From the human T2T-CHM13v2.0 reference genome, Homo sapiens: a stretch of 64,000 nucleotides of DNA. The DNA is taken from assembly GCF_009914755.1 (NCBI RefSeq), contig NC_060928.1; one strand, written 5' to 3'. This document shows, one piece after another, positions 12,353-26,150 of the stretch. A model generated the notes under the pieces. The model saw only the letters and a list, made by a program, of their open reading frames with translations. It was not told where the DNA came from and did not search any database. The stretch's first letter is position 1, and each line of letters starts with the position of its first letter. A program made the position numbers and the translations under genes.

Positions 12353-13118
12353 TTTAACAGGGAGGTTATGCCCCTTAAGCTCACCTGAATGACCCACAAT
12401 ATTGGAAACAGTTAAATACTTGGGGTCAGATAGAGCCCCACCAGGGAGGTGGAGGCAGTTGAATGCGTATTAGAAAATCAAGAAAATAATTGAAACTGGA
12501 GAACTCTAGTCCATTAATCTGGAGATTCCTTGTATAACCAATGAGCTTTAATATCCAATTTAATGAAAGATGCTTATTTCACTTTCCAGAGCAGAAAAAT
12601 TAATTGGTAGCTATAATTTAAGTTTGGTCTCCTTTCTAATTGAAAGAATGTCTAAAGGGAAGGGAAAAACATTTTTATTTCACTCATTTTCATTTTTTAA
12701 TTCCTTTTTTAAAGAAAAGTTTTATTACAAGTATTGATATTTTCATTATTTCAACTGAAATATTTAATTTGTTACATATTATCTCTAGGAAAAAAAATCC
12801 TTTAAAGGCTGCAAACAGTGTAATGAACTTGCAATCTGTTCTCTGGGTTTGCAGGTGTGAGGATTAAATACGTCCAGGCACATAACAACGTTTCAGAAAA
12901 TGCATTTTGAGGCTGATAACATGATCATAATATATTTTGTCTTTTCACTGTGTTAGAAATTAATTTTCTTAGTGGCTCCTTGCAACCTATGATTTTTTTA
13001 AAGAGATTTTTATTGGCAGCTGGCCAAGCCTTGATGTTCTGTTGAATGAGTGATACTGAACACTTGAGATGAGTCTCCTTTTTACCTTTGTTACCTCAGG
13101 CCTCTGCTCTGCTTCATT

Positions 13119-13123
13119 AAAAA

Positions 13124-13154
<31 letters not shown>

Positions 13155-13159
13155 CACAC
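13119..13159. repeat. compound An-(TA)n-(CA)n simple repeat
   Basis: Read directly. Confidence 0.95.
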
Positions 13160-14059
13160 AAGTATTTGCAAACCATAAAAAGTCTATATGCTAGTGAATG
13201 CACAGAGATGTTTTGCAAGCTGTTTTTTCAGTGGTATTCTTTTCATTTATCCACTGCGTAATTCTAAAGGTAAGATTCCTCAGGGTGCTTGTACAGAAGT
13301 GCTACCAGAATGAAGGGGCAGACCCATAGGAGCGTGGCCTACTTAAAACATCTGAAAATAACTAAGAGGCGACCCTCCTGCTTTTTCCCCTGCCAAGGAG
13401 ATACCGACAGCACAGGACAGGTTTTGACTGTCTTATTGTCAGTTTCTTCCCCTGGTATAAGGCCAGATGATGCTGGAATGATGTGTCTATTGAAGTTGAT
13501 TGCCACTGTAAGGCTTAGCCAAGTTTGTCTTCATGAGGGCAGTGTAGGAAGAACCAGTGTAATTGGTTTGCTGAACCCCTAAATTTGAAAAGTAGCTTGG
13601 TTAACCATCTCCATAGAAAGCCAACACGCTTTTGCATGTCGTGTGCACGTGGGTGCATGCGGAACACTGGGATGATGGCTCAGTGGCTCTGAGAGTAGAG
13701 GCTTTTCGATACAATTGGAATGACACCCCTGCCCCCTACCCTGCCGCCGCTGCACATTGCAGTACGGTAGCTCCGGCCATTTAGTGTTGCAGGTGGATGA
13801 CTCATTTGATCAACATTAACTATGCCTTGAACAATATTTTCGTTAGTAATGTTTTTAGTTATCGTTTATAGTTTAGTTAATGATTTCGTTAGTGAGTTAG
13901 GTCTTGTGGACAGGATAAATACCATTCTTTAAGGTCACATACTGTTAGACTTGTATCACACAGAAAAGACACAACACTGAGTGTAGGGCCTCGTCTATAG
14001 AAGGCGTGTAATAAATGATGTTCAGAGAATGAATGAATATATAAATGGCACATTTGAGG

Positions 14060-14309
14060 GGCGGAGTAGCATACTGGTTAAGAGCGTGGGCTTCAAAATG
14101 AACTAGCAGTGTTTGAATTACAGCTTCACCACCGTGTGTCTTTTGGCAGATTACCTCCTCTGTGTGATTCAGTGTCACTGTGTTTAAAAAGGAGATGATA
14201 ATGTTGCTTACCTCATAGATTTGTAATGAGGCTTACAGAGTTTACATATGTAAACATGTTGAAATCGTACCTGGTACATAACACTCAAGATGTGTTCATT
14301 ATTATTACT
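14060..14309 (+). mobile_element. MIR, near full length
   Basis: TAGCATACTGGTTAAGAGCGTGGGCTTC..CTTACCTCATAG..CCTGGTACATAACACTCAA..ATTATTATTA. Confidence 0.85.
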
Positions 14310-14483
14310 GTTATTATAGAAATTGAAACATAGAATATTTTTTGGTTTGAAAATGAATATTCTTTCAGAATGACAAATTTTAAAATAAACTCGTAATTAT
14401 TTGTTAAAACAGTCACCAACATTTACATAATGTTTTAGTTAGCAGAACTCTTTTTACATATAAATTTTTAAAATTTGGTATAC

Positions 14484-14796
14484 TTTTTTTTCTTTTTTTG
14501 TTTTTTTGAGACGGAGTCTCACTCTGTCACCCAGGCTAGAGTGCAGTGGCGTGATCTCGGCTCACTGCAACCTCCTAGGTTCAAGCGATTCTCCAGCCTT
14601 AGCCTCCTGAGTAGCTGGGACTACTAAATTAGCATCCGGCTAATTTTTTTTTTTTTTTTTTTTTTTTTGATTTTTAGTAGAGATGAGGTTTCACCATGTT
14701 GGCCAGGCTGGTCTCGAATTCCTGACCTCAGGTGATCTGCCTGCCTTGGCCTCCCAAAATGCTGGAATTACAGGCATGAGCCACCTGTACCCAGTC
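14484..14796 (-). mobile_element. Alu (AluS-like) with small internal deletions and expanded linker
   Basis: GAGACGGAGTCTCACTCTGTCACC..CCTGACCTCAGGTGATCTGCC. Confidence 0.95.
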
Positions 14797-15422
14797 AGTG
14801 TACTGTTTTATTCATGACCTAGGAGATGGACAGGACAGACATTCAAATTTTAGAGATGATAGTGGAAGCTACTTTGAGGAAAAGGTGACCCATGAAAATC
14901 AATTATGAATGAGATGAGCCTGTAAGCACCCACATGGGGACCCGCACGGAGCAGAAGCCGCTGTGCTCTGGTGCTCAGGTGGTGCTTAATAACGGCTCCT
15001 TGTTCCCCTTTGTCTTGCACGAGGTGTTACCATCTGCATTGCCAGATTCAGACACCAAGACCCAATGATACATTTCATTATTTTTAATGTGTGATCACCC
15101 CACAATTGCGCCAGATGAAGTAGCCCCAAACACTTTCACTTTCTCAATCTAAAAAATATCTTACACATTCTTCTGCCCGGCTGCATTGGAGTTCCTGCTT
15201 AGCATCAGTACACAGAGCCACTCAGAGGAGCATGTCCCCGGGCCCTGGCTCTACCCGCTGCCCTTGGTCTTCAGCCAGCCTGATGCTCCTGATTCACTGT
15301 TTTGGGGCATTTCTGCTATGGAACCACCCTGAAAATTATCAAATTAGGCAATTACAAATGATCTTTGATTCATTATTGAAATGAAAAAAAATTTATTTAA
15401 AATGGGGACATATTTGGCATAC

Positions 15423-15449
15423 ATATATATATATATATATTTTTTTTTT
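15423..15449. repeat. (AT)9-T9 simple repeat
   Basis: Read directly. Confidence 0.9.
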
Positions 15450-15472
15450 GCTCTACCCTCAAAACTACTTAA

Positions 15473-15673
<201 letters not shown>

Positions 15674-18458
15674 TGAGACAACATTTAAATGATTCCTGAG
15701 AAGTCAAGGGATTTAATCTATGGGCAAAAGACGAAAAGTCATAAACTTTTGTCCAATATTTTATATGTTTTGGTTTTTGTTTTTTTTTTTTTTTTTGCTT
15801 TAAGAGTTAGCTCCTGTTAAAGCACTCTTCCAAAGTGTTGTATGTATGCAGGATGTATGCATCTTCCTAATAGATTATCAGCAACCCCCTAGCCCCTGCA
15901 GGATTGGTATTTTGTAATTATGTTTCATCCTACAAAATAGAGCACCCTATTTAATACATATCAGCTATTAAATACGTGATCGAATTGCCCATCTATAACT
16001 CAAACTTCTATGCCTTTAATAACACCAAATGTCTTCAGGATTTGTGGTGGCTGAGAACATTCAGATAACTAAATGGCCCACTTTATTCTTTTAGATAGAT
16101 GGCGTCAATTTCTACTGCCTCACCAAAAAATTATGTAGGCCAGGGATAGAACTTTCCTAATAAATTTTACAACCAGTTCCTGAGAGGCCAGTGAAAGATC
16201 ATTACCTTCACAACACTGTTGCTCTTCTCTGTGGCTTTTGTAGTGATTCAAACAATGTGACAGTAGCTAACCCCCATGGACAAGTTTAATAGAATTAAAG
16301 AAATATGAACCTACAAACACACGTACTAACACTGCGTAGAATCTGTGTCTTGCATGTTCAGGGATTCTCTTGTTTTAGGTCGTGTAATTTCTCATAATAT
16401 GTGTATTGTTTCCCTTCTAAATTTAATAACAGTAATTTTGTTAGCTGTGGAATATTTAAGCTAAATGGTTTGAAAAAATTAAGTCAAACTCCTTACATAA
16501 TTGTTTCTTAAAAAAATAAAACAACTCCATCTTCATTTTCCTACAGTGTGTTTGAAGCTTCTAACTTTCTCCAGACATTTAAAATGACTCTGTATTTTAC
16601 CCTGGGACAATGTAAGCATTCTAAAATGTTTTCTAGTTAATGTTTGTATATCAGCTTCTTAAACAGGTGATGCAGTTATGAAACTTCACCTGTATACATC
16701 TGTAAATTTTCTGTTCCAGATATTTAAAAGCAGAAGTCAATATTGGAATGAAGGAAATGTACCAGAGTGTATATTTTAGAGTAATAAGTGAAATCTGCTG
16801 TTTTCAACGAATTCCTTTTTTAAATTTTAATTCCTAAGTATTTGCTGACTGAAGAACAGTATAGTGCCTTTAAGGTGAGAATTTTTGTATTAAATAACTA
16901 AAATAAACCGTAAAAATTGCTGAGCAAAACATATCTAAATCTTGTATTTAAATTAGATTTCATTTCAAAATGCTTTTAAGGACCCCTTTTATTTATTCCC
17001 CTGGTGGTCTTTCAAAAGCCAGGTGTCTGGGATTGTCTCCAGCCTGCTCTAAAAGCACCCCAGGCTTTGGATTAGTACAAGAGAGCAGCTGCCTTTTATT
17101 CAGCAGTGCCCATTTACATAATGCCTGTTCATTTAAACTCACTTGGAACCTATGGCCAGGATGAACCCACACCAGAGTGAGTCAGCAGTGCATGGTCTTG
17201 TTTTTGCATTGAATTAATTTTAAAACATCCCTCTCTTCCACAGCTGGAATGAAAGACAGTACTGTAGAGGCATTTCTCGATTCAACTGCTATATCCTTAA
17301 AGGCAATTTAAGAATCACTGTTGCATACTTTATCACAATATATAATAGAACTAAAATTTTTAAAAAGCAGTGTATCTATTATTAAACATTTCATTCTTAC
17401 AAAATAGACTATGGTAGTTTATAGAAGAGAACAACAAAATGTACTGAAAACCTCAAAGTAATCTCTGCTCTGAAACTGTCATTTCCCTCTCACGGAACAC
17501 ATTTACTTAATCCTTTGATTCAACTTTCAAGTTCAAAAAGCATTTTTGTGTGTGTATTTGTGAAACAGGAAGTTTTTCAGTGTTGTTTTTGTCTTCTAAA
17601 TATTGTTTATGTTTGAAATATAAGTCAAATTTAATATTATGGTATAAGATGCTTCTTTAATTTTAAACTTTTATATTAGTTTAGAATATGTATGTGGCTT
17701 AGTCAGAAAACCCTCACCTTTGTCATTTTTTCAGACCTCATATTCAGATCCATTTTTGTGTTCTTCTCCCAGGAGATTAGGTAGTCTCTATGGGCTTTGT
17801 ACTAAGGGCAGGAATCCACTTCCCTAAGTTACAGCCTGCTTTATGTACTTACTTAAGTATTTGTGGGGCAGAAGTCTTTAATAGTTGGAATTGCACATGC
17901 ACTAGAAATTTAAATAAAACCTACTTTCAGGGTAAAAAAAAAATCGAAGAGTTTTTTTTTTTTAAATCTGAATTTTGAATTAGTTTTCTTAACGTGAACT
18001 TTCCAAAATGCTGCTTTACAAAGTTTATTTTCATTCATAACATTTTAATGCTTGTTTTTCCTTGCTTTTCACCAAATGACTTGAACTGGAAAATGTTGAT
18101 GTTTAGTTACATATTTATGGAGGACGATAATCTCACCCATGTGTCTGCATTACTTGCCTCTGTGTTTTTCCCCTAGTTAATATGATGTTTATCTGCTGTT
18201 ACACTTTAGTTATCTTTTTGAAATCCTGCTTTGACATCTTTCTTTAGCATAAATTTATGCAGTGATTAAATCTTCCCATCTACCTTCATAGCATCTGGTG
18301 ATGTTATATAGTAAAGAGAGTAGTATTTTTTTAATACTTCTTTAATTTAGATGAGTTTCATAAAGTCATTCTATATGAGTAAATGGCCAGGCTTTTTTAA
18401 CTTTAATATATTCAGTTCACTATGCATGTAGAAATATAAATTAATTTTATTGTTTCTC

Positions 18459-18596
18459 TTTTTTTTTTTTTCTTTTTGTAGAGACAGGGTCTCACTATGT
18501 TGCCCAGGCTGGTCTTGAACTCCTGGGCTCAAGTGATCCTGCCACCTGGGCCTCCCAAAGTACTGGGATTACAGCCATAAGCTATGGCTCCTGGCC
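18459..18596 (-). mobile_element. FLAM_C-like Alu monomer
   Basis: Single monomer with T tail; TATTGT on both flanks. Confidence 0.92.
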
Positions 18597-20434
18597 TATT
18601 GTCCTTCTTGATAGTAGTCATTTTTTTTCAGAAGTACCTGTAGTAGAAACTACATTAACTTTAATTTCTTTCATTAAAACAATTTCATTGCTCTTCCTCT
18701 TCACAAATCACATCAATTTATTAATTTTTATTTTGTTTTATTTTATTACATAAATATATATACATATTTCTGGCTGTCACCTGACTGAAGAAGAATTCTT
18801 CACTTGATCACAGCCAAAAGGCTGAGAAATGATAAGAATTCTTGGTGATTTTTTTTTTAATTTACTAGAGATAACCTAGTTTTTCTTATCTACATGGACA
18901 TATGAGCCTGCTTTGTGGTGTTAAAACAAATCAAAACGCAGCAACCAACTAATAAAACAGTAAGAATGAAACACCTTTCTTAGGAGTGACCATCAGGCAT
19001 TCCGTATACATAACTAATCAGGACTGTTTCATTTCTCCCTTTGCTGTTCCCCCTGAACCTTGAACCTAACAATAAGAAATAATAGAAAACCAAAGCTCTG
19101 TTATGGCTTACTAAACTAACACCCTTAAAAGGCATTTGACTGTGACTGAGTATGAATGAGAACGGTCCCCAAATCTTCTGCTGAAAGAGGGGGCCCTCCC
19201 GTGGGAGGCTTTAGTTGTTTTCCTCTTTTTAATCTGCGGGAGCCGCGGAGCTCAGCTTCTTAACAAAACCAGTATTAGTGAGGAGATCAAAACCAAACAC
19301 CTAATATGCTCAGTATTTGACCACCTTTTTATAAAGTTAATCAAACCTGTTAAGAAAAATGTAAAGTAGCAGAATGTAATATTCTGGAAGGAAATTACAT
19401 CATATAATATAAAATCCTAGCAGTTTGACCCTGTGGTAGATGTTTACTTTAAAATAGTTAACTGATTTTCAGCAGAGCCGAGTGGTCATTCTCATTGACT
19501 TACCCATAATGTGCAGAACACCTTTGCAAATTCAAGATGACTGTTTACAATATAGGTATTATATGTTGTTAGATTATTTATCTTCAGCATTGCTTTACTT
19601 TCATAGTGCATTTGGTAAGTGTCAAATTATAGTATACTGCATAATCAATCACTGATATTTCATAAAAAATAAATCAGTTGTAAATGTTCCACTGTTTCTG
19701 GCTAATGTCCTGTTTTTTTTTTTTAATTTTTGTTTTTAGTTTTGTTTTTGAAAAAATTCGATAGGTAGTATGTCCTTTGACTTTAAAACAGGAATGAGTG
19801 AGCACATGCCCATATGTTCAGGATAGAAACAGTTTTCTGACTGATATAAGGAAATTCTAGCATGCATTTTTAAAATTATCTTTCTTCTATTGGGGAATTG
19901 TTGCTGATGGAAAACACTGCAGTGTCCAACTGGATGGTTGTATCCACCTAGATCAGCAATGAGAAAGGATAAGAAAATTTCAGACGTGATTTTAACAAAG
20001 GGCGGGGTGTTTTCTGGGATATATCATTTCAAGGGCAGCCCGTTTTTTCAAGAATCTCTTCTATTATTCTATGATGCCAATAGAATTTCATTCTGATTTT
20101 GGGTGAATGAACTACCGCCTATTAAAATGTTAATATCTACTGGTCAGTTATTTCTAAGCTTGAACTTAATGTTAAATACCAAATTTTGTCATGTATGAAG
20201 GGAAGAATGGATTCAGGGTGATGAGGCACAGAAAATATGAAGGCAAGGATTTCTTGGTATCAGCAGAGGGTCCAGGAGGTAAGATAAGGGCACTAAATGG
20301 AAAAATGGAGGGTCACCTTGGAATGGTTCTGATACAGGCATAGCGTATTTCTGCACCAGGAGAATGACTTATCAGGTTATATGCATCTCTTGATGATCTA
20401 ATTATTCTAAATGACAGAAGTATGAGCCTGCCTG

Positions 20435-20647
20435 CTAAAGCAGTGATGTCTAAGGCCATGACTTTGAACCTAGACGCCCTGAGTTATCAGCTTAGTTCCA
20501 CTGTTTAACTGTTGTGTGTTCTTAAGCAGGTAACTTCTATGAACCTCTATCTTTACCCCTCTAAAATGCCTGCCTTATCAGGTTGTTGGAAGGATGAAGT
20601 TAGAGTACACGTGTAAAAAGTACCTACAAGGCACATTGTTAGTTATT
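20435..20647 (+). mobile_element. MIR
   Basis: GCCATGACTTTGAACCTAGACGCCCTGAGTT..CTTAAGCAGGTAACTT..GGTTGTTGGAAGGATGAAG..GTGTAAA. Confidence 0.7.
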
Positions 20648-22623
20648 TTAAATATCACTGATTTTTATAATTATCCAAATGTTGCAAACAAACAAGTAAT
20701 ACAATTTAAACTCAGTGTACCAACAGTCTATTATGATTAGCTAAGGAAGACCCTGGACAAACCCTTTTTGGAACATGGAATTTGAATTAAATACTTGGTT
20801 AACTTTTATGGTATACAAAAAATAAGACAACATGGGTAAGAAGTATATGTTTACAGGACAAACTCTTTGTTCTGGTTAGGAGAAATGTACATCAATTTGA
20901 TGAGAATATTAGATGAAATTGGAGGAACAGTTAATTTATATTAGCAACTGAAAAAATAGGGAGTTGCAGAAAATTAAGGGTGAAATTTGGTTTTCAAAGA
21001 TTAGAACAGCATTTTATTTTATTTTGTTTCTTCTTATTATTATTATTTATACTCTTCCCATAGCTCAGGGAAAGCAATAGAACTGCATTTGAGAAGAAAC
21101 CAGAATTTTTTGAGAAACACTGAAGGCTACTTTAATCAAGCCAGAACCCACCTAGAAGATGTTCCACTGTTTAACCAGTTATTTAAAGGAGTGCTTGCTT
21201 TCATGCTCAAAGGAGCTGGAGCTGAGGGCCTAGTTCATTTTTCTTGCTTGAGGAAGGGACCTTGATTATGATTCATTCGTATGCAGTTGCGGAACCAAGG
21301 ACTACTTTGGGAGAAATAATTTCTACTCCCGTGAACTCAAGGGAAGTCTCCAGGAATGATAAGGAATGAATTGGGGAAGGATAATTTCCTTTCCTTCTTT
21401 TCTAGTTATTCCAGCTGAAGTTTAACATACTGAGAGACCAGATAACATATGTCCATTTTTTATCAGCATTTTCGTTTTTACTGCGTCCTCAACCATGTGC
21501 ACATTTACAGAACTGTCCCAAGTAGAAGCATACTAAGATTGTGGAAGTTATTTCTGAAAAAGCAGCTAACCTTATCTAGATCATATTATATTAATACCAC
21601 ACGTACTTATTTTACATATTTGTTTTTTATTCAAGTGTTCTAGTTTACTTGGTCTTTTACATTCTAGTCTTCAGTGGGGAATAAATAGCAAACATATGAG
21701 TATTCTCAAATGTCTGAGTTTAGTAAAGTTAAAAATATATTCTATATTAAAACTACAAGTGGCCTTTTCTACATTTATATAAAAAAACCAATAGTTATAT
21801 GTTTTCATCTTGATATAGAAAGTGGTAGGTCTGTTTTATTATTCCAAAAGAAGCATTTGGTAAGTTTTGTAAAAAGCTGACCAGCAGTTTGATTCCTCAA
21901 CTTCAAAAAGTTTAATAATATTATAGCAGCTGGTTAGAAATTACAGCAAGAGTACTATAGGTTAGACAAGCAGAGATTTTTGTACAACAAAGATTTTTAA
22001 GCAGGCTGTACTAGAAGATTATTACAAATTCATTCCCAGTAGATCTCTAGGTTTCTAAGACTGAAATTTCTGGAATAGAAGTTAATCAAATCCTTTTATT
22101 GAGTACGCAAATAATTCCACTGGGCCTCTGGGGAGTTACATAGGATGTTTCTTTCTTTAAAGAGTTTTCAGTTTGATATAGAAGCAAGATAAAATCTTAT
22201 GAAAGCACCAAAAATTTCCAAAAATTGCCCTTTCATCACAGATGTAAGCACTTAATAAAACGCATTTGATGATGCCAAAAATAAATTACAACTATGAAGA
22301 GATGCATGGTTGAGTTTTTTTTTTTTTTTTTTGAGAAAAGGAGTGGATTTCTTATTGCTTTAATGTGAATTTTTAGTGTCTGAAAAAATTAAAATGTTTT
22401 AAAATTTAGCCAAACCTTTTCAAGATAAACATAGCCAGCCTACTGCTATGATTTGTCATATAGGACCCAGTATTTTCTGTCTTGTGAAGGAGATACAGAT
22501 GGAACTACCTAGCTAATCCTCACAGAGAAGAAATGAGATAGTCTTGATGAGTAGAAAGATTAGTCTTTTTTCTTTCTTGAGCTAAAATTATTTTGTTATA
22601 ATCATGTGAAAAACCTCTATTTT

Positions 22624-22917
<294 letters not shown>

Positions 22918-24577
22918 TTATTCAGACTTTTGGAAGGAGGACAGAAGCTGTCAAAAAACGGATTGCAAATGTGGCTTGGGGTGTCTTCCATCAGTCTTAA
23001 AATCATCTCATTTACTTTCTTTTATCGACATAGTCATCCAAGCAATGTAACCTATTTTCTCAGTTCTATTAACTTTAGTGTCATCTTCGGCTTCTGATCA
23101 GCAACTGAACAAAGTTTTAAGTTGAAGGCACCATAGCATAAATAGAGCGTTCTTTTCAAGCACTTATCACTGTTTGAACAGAAACTGTTTTACATATTCT
23201 TTACAATGATCTGTTATTTAGACTATATTGGGAATCTGATCAAAGGCAGTAAGTCACTCTGAATCTTTGGCTTTTATGAATTTAAGCTCAGCATTTGAGC
23301 AAAGAACTAAAAAAGAAAAAAAACTTTCATTCTTACCTAGACAACAAAGGCCTTTTAGTCATTGCAATCTTGTTAGTCTTTTCTGAGTAGTCTCACCAGA
23401 CAGAGAGTGCGTCAGTTACAATTCCATCATTACTCTTTCTAACAGCCCTTCAAGCCTCCTGCTCTTCAAAGTAGCACAGAGCACTGTATGTACTTGGTCC
23501 CACCATTCAGAGCCAGAAGCTGAAACAAAACGATGCCAGCTGACTTTAAGGCAATTTCCTTCCCTCTGTGGAAATTTCTGCTTCTTCTGTTGAATCGATT
23601 CACTGAGTAAAACTTGACCTCTTGTAATAGTGCATACGCTTCGCAGTGTGCCAAAGTGATTCAAAATGAAACAGCGGTTGTACATAGAAAACATGGAATG
23701 TCCAGCTTAGTTTGAAAATGAAAATGCCTTTAAAATCTGCTTTTCTGTTAAGAGAACTACATTTACCAATACATTAGATTTTTCTGCTCATTCTAAGATA
23801 ATTAAAGTAATGGATTCTAGCCTGAACGATAAGTATAAGCACATAGTTAGGCTTCCTTTATATATATATGGAAACTGAAATGGGAAAATTACACAATTAA
23901 TTAAAAGAAAAGAAAAACTGTCTTTGTTAAATGGTGTTTTTGACCTCAAGTATTACAATGATTGTTTCATGTGTTCAGGTTCCTATGTGTGTGCACACTC
24001 ATGCAAGTGTGTGTGCATGTGTGTGTGTACACAAGTCCACAGGAGATGAAACATACTCATATTAATCTTTTGTCAATAATTGTTAAAACGTAGAGAAAGT
24101 AGGTTAGTAGGTTGATGGGGCCAAGAGATGAAAATACTTGGATGAAACTGATATATGATCATGTTTAAAATATATAAAATATATACATAGTTTTAATTAT
24201 TCCTTTTACAAAATTCACCTGTTTCAACCATAACTTCTAATATGTATATATCGATGTCTTTGAATTCAGAGAGAAGGAAAATGTGTTTATATTTTTAATA
24301 ATAGAAGATAATTTGCTTGTTTTTAATAGGAGAAGATCACTTACTTTGCTGGAACTTCTTACATTTATTACATGTTATTTACCGGAAAGTAATGTTAAAC
24401 CATGTCTATATGCACAGAAGGAGTAGATTTCACACAGCCAATGTATTGACTTCTGGATCAGTACTGATCACTGCATTTGTCTTAATTAAGTGCTAATTCA
24501 TGTCAGTGGGATAGATGGATTTTTAAAAACTTCTGTTTATCTGAGCTTAGATACTTTGGGTAAGAAATATACTAATG

Positions 24578-24581
<4 letters not shown>

Positions 24582-24633
<52 letters not shown>
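24582..24633. repeat. (AT)26 pure microsatellite
   Basis: 52 nt of uninterrupted alternating AT. Confidence 0.99.
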
Positions 24634-24635
<2 letters not shown>

Positions 24636-26009
24636 TCCTACCCTGTTGAATAATTTGTGTTAGACACCTCATTTCTCCAGATTTTCTAAAATTCAGGCAG
24701 TTGGTGTGAGGGTGGAGGTAGGAGGTATTGGCAGAGATAGCACCGCTTCTTCAGATCTCTAATAAATGTAATTAGTTCAGTTTTATGCTTTGCCTTTTTT
24801 TAATAGTGAAGTGATTGTAGTGTAAAAAGAGCAGTTGTTTGACTATATTATTTAATTCAACAGACTTTTCTTCCCTATTCTTTAAAAAGAAAAGCAGTTA
24901 TTCAAAGCATAAAAAGAAAAAAGAGATTAAAAATAATGGTCTGTAAACTTTGCAAAGTACATAAGAAAACCTCATTAATTCTGGGTATTTAAAGTATAAA
25001 CAAAATCTAAAATAAATATGAGAAAATACAAGAACAGAAATCTTTTGAAGAAAAACAACATTCTAAATTCATTCTAGTTCTTTTCTTAAATGTATTTGGC
25101 AAATAATTATAAACAAAAGCAAGACTATTATCAGAACTCATGTAGTAAATTTATTAAGACCAGATGCTTTCCTATATGACCATGTTGGTGGAGCTGTTAG
25201 TAGCTTTAAAAGATTATGTTCCTCTGGGTACCAGCACTGTCCTTCTTTGAGTCAAAGGAGGTTAAAATTTTTGAAGGGGATAGTAAATTCGCCAACTCTC
25301 CCCAAATGAGGACAGACATCCAAATGGGAAAGCCTCCTTCTTAGAAACCTTTGTGCCCCCCTCCCACCCGCTTTTTTTAAAGGGCAGAGCTCAGAAATGG
25401 GCATGCTCATTTGATGAAGGCAGTGCCATGATACCAGAAGCCATAAAAGGAAAGGATTCTTTGGTTGAACAGAAATTAATTAGGAAAAAATGAGGAAGAA
25501 AAGAAAAGCTCTTAAGTCAGTGGCTTAAAAAAACGTTCTAACAGCTGTAATATGAGAGAACATACTAACACATTTTTTAATATAATTATATGAAAAAGAC
25601 ATTTTTATATTTCCCTCTTCTAGAATAAAAAGAGTTTTTTGTCAAGCAGTAACAATTTATTCCTTATGGAAACTGCTGTATTATTGTCTGATGGCCACTT
25701 TAGATCCATAAAACGAAATGGATTAAAGAAAATTAAACAGTATTTTTAAGTGTCTACAGCTTGTGGCATGTTAACAGCAATCTGTGTGAAACAGTGCCAA
25801 AAATTAAGCTTAGGTTTCCAAGACCTTTCTGTACTGTGATACAGTGTTTAAATACTAAACAGAAAGTTTGTTTTGAAATACAATTTTGAAGGTCTCAATA
25901 ATTTGGAGGAGGTAAGATGAGATACAACCAAATGCAAATATATATATGTTATATATTAGCATTATATATATTTCATTCCGCCTCACTTTGTTATAGTATT
26001 TGAAAACTT

Positions 26010-26150
26010 TGGTAAATAAAATGAGTGCTTTTGAGAGTCAGAAAAATTACATTCTAACCCAGAATTTATCACTAATTGTGACCTTAGTAAGTCACTTAAA
26101 CTCAATAGACCTCAGTTTCCATATCTGTAGATGAGAGGATTTGGATGCCT
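26010..26150 (+). mobile_element. MIR (MIRc-like)
   Basis: TGTGACCTTAGTAAGTCACTTAAACTC..CCTCAGTTTCCATATCTGTAGATGAG is the MIR core. Confidence 0.85.

Noticed and set aside
16547-16611. 65-nt + strand exon-like segment (VFEASNFLQTFKMTLYFTLGQ)
   Set aside because: Splice sites are only moderate, the peptide is unrecognised and there is no phase-consistent neighbour; consistent with the background pseudo-exon rate.
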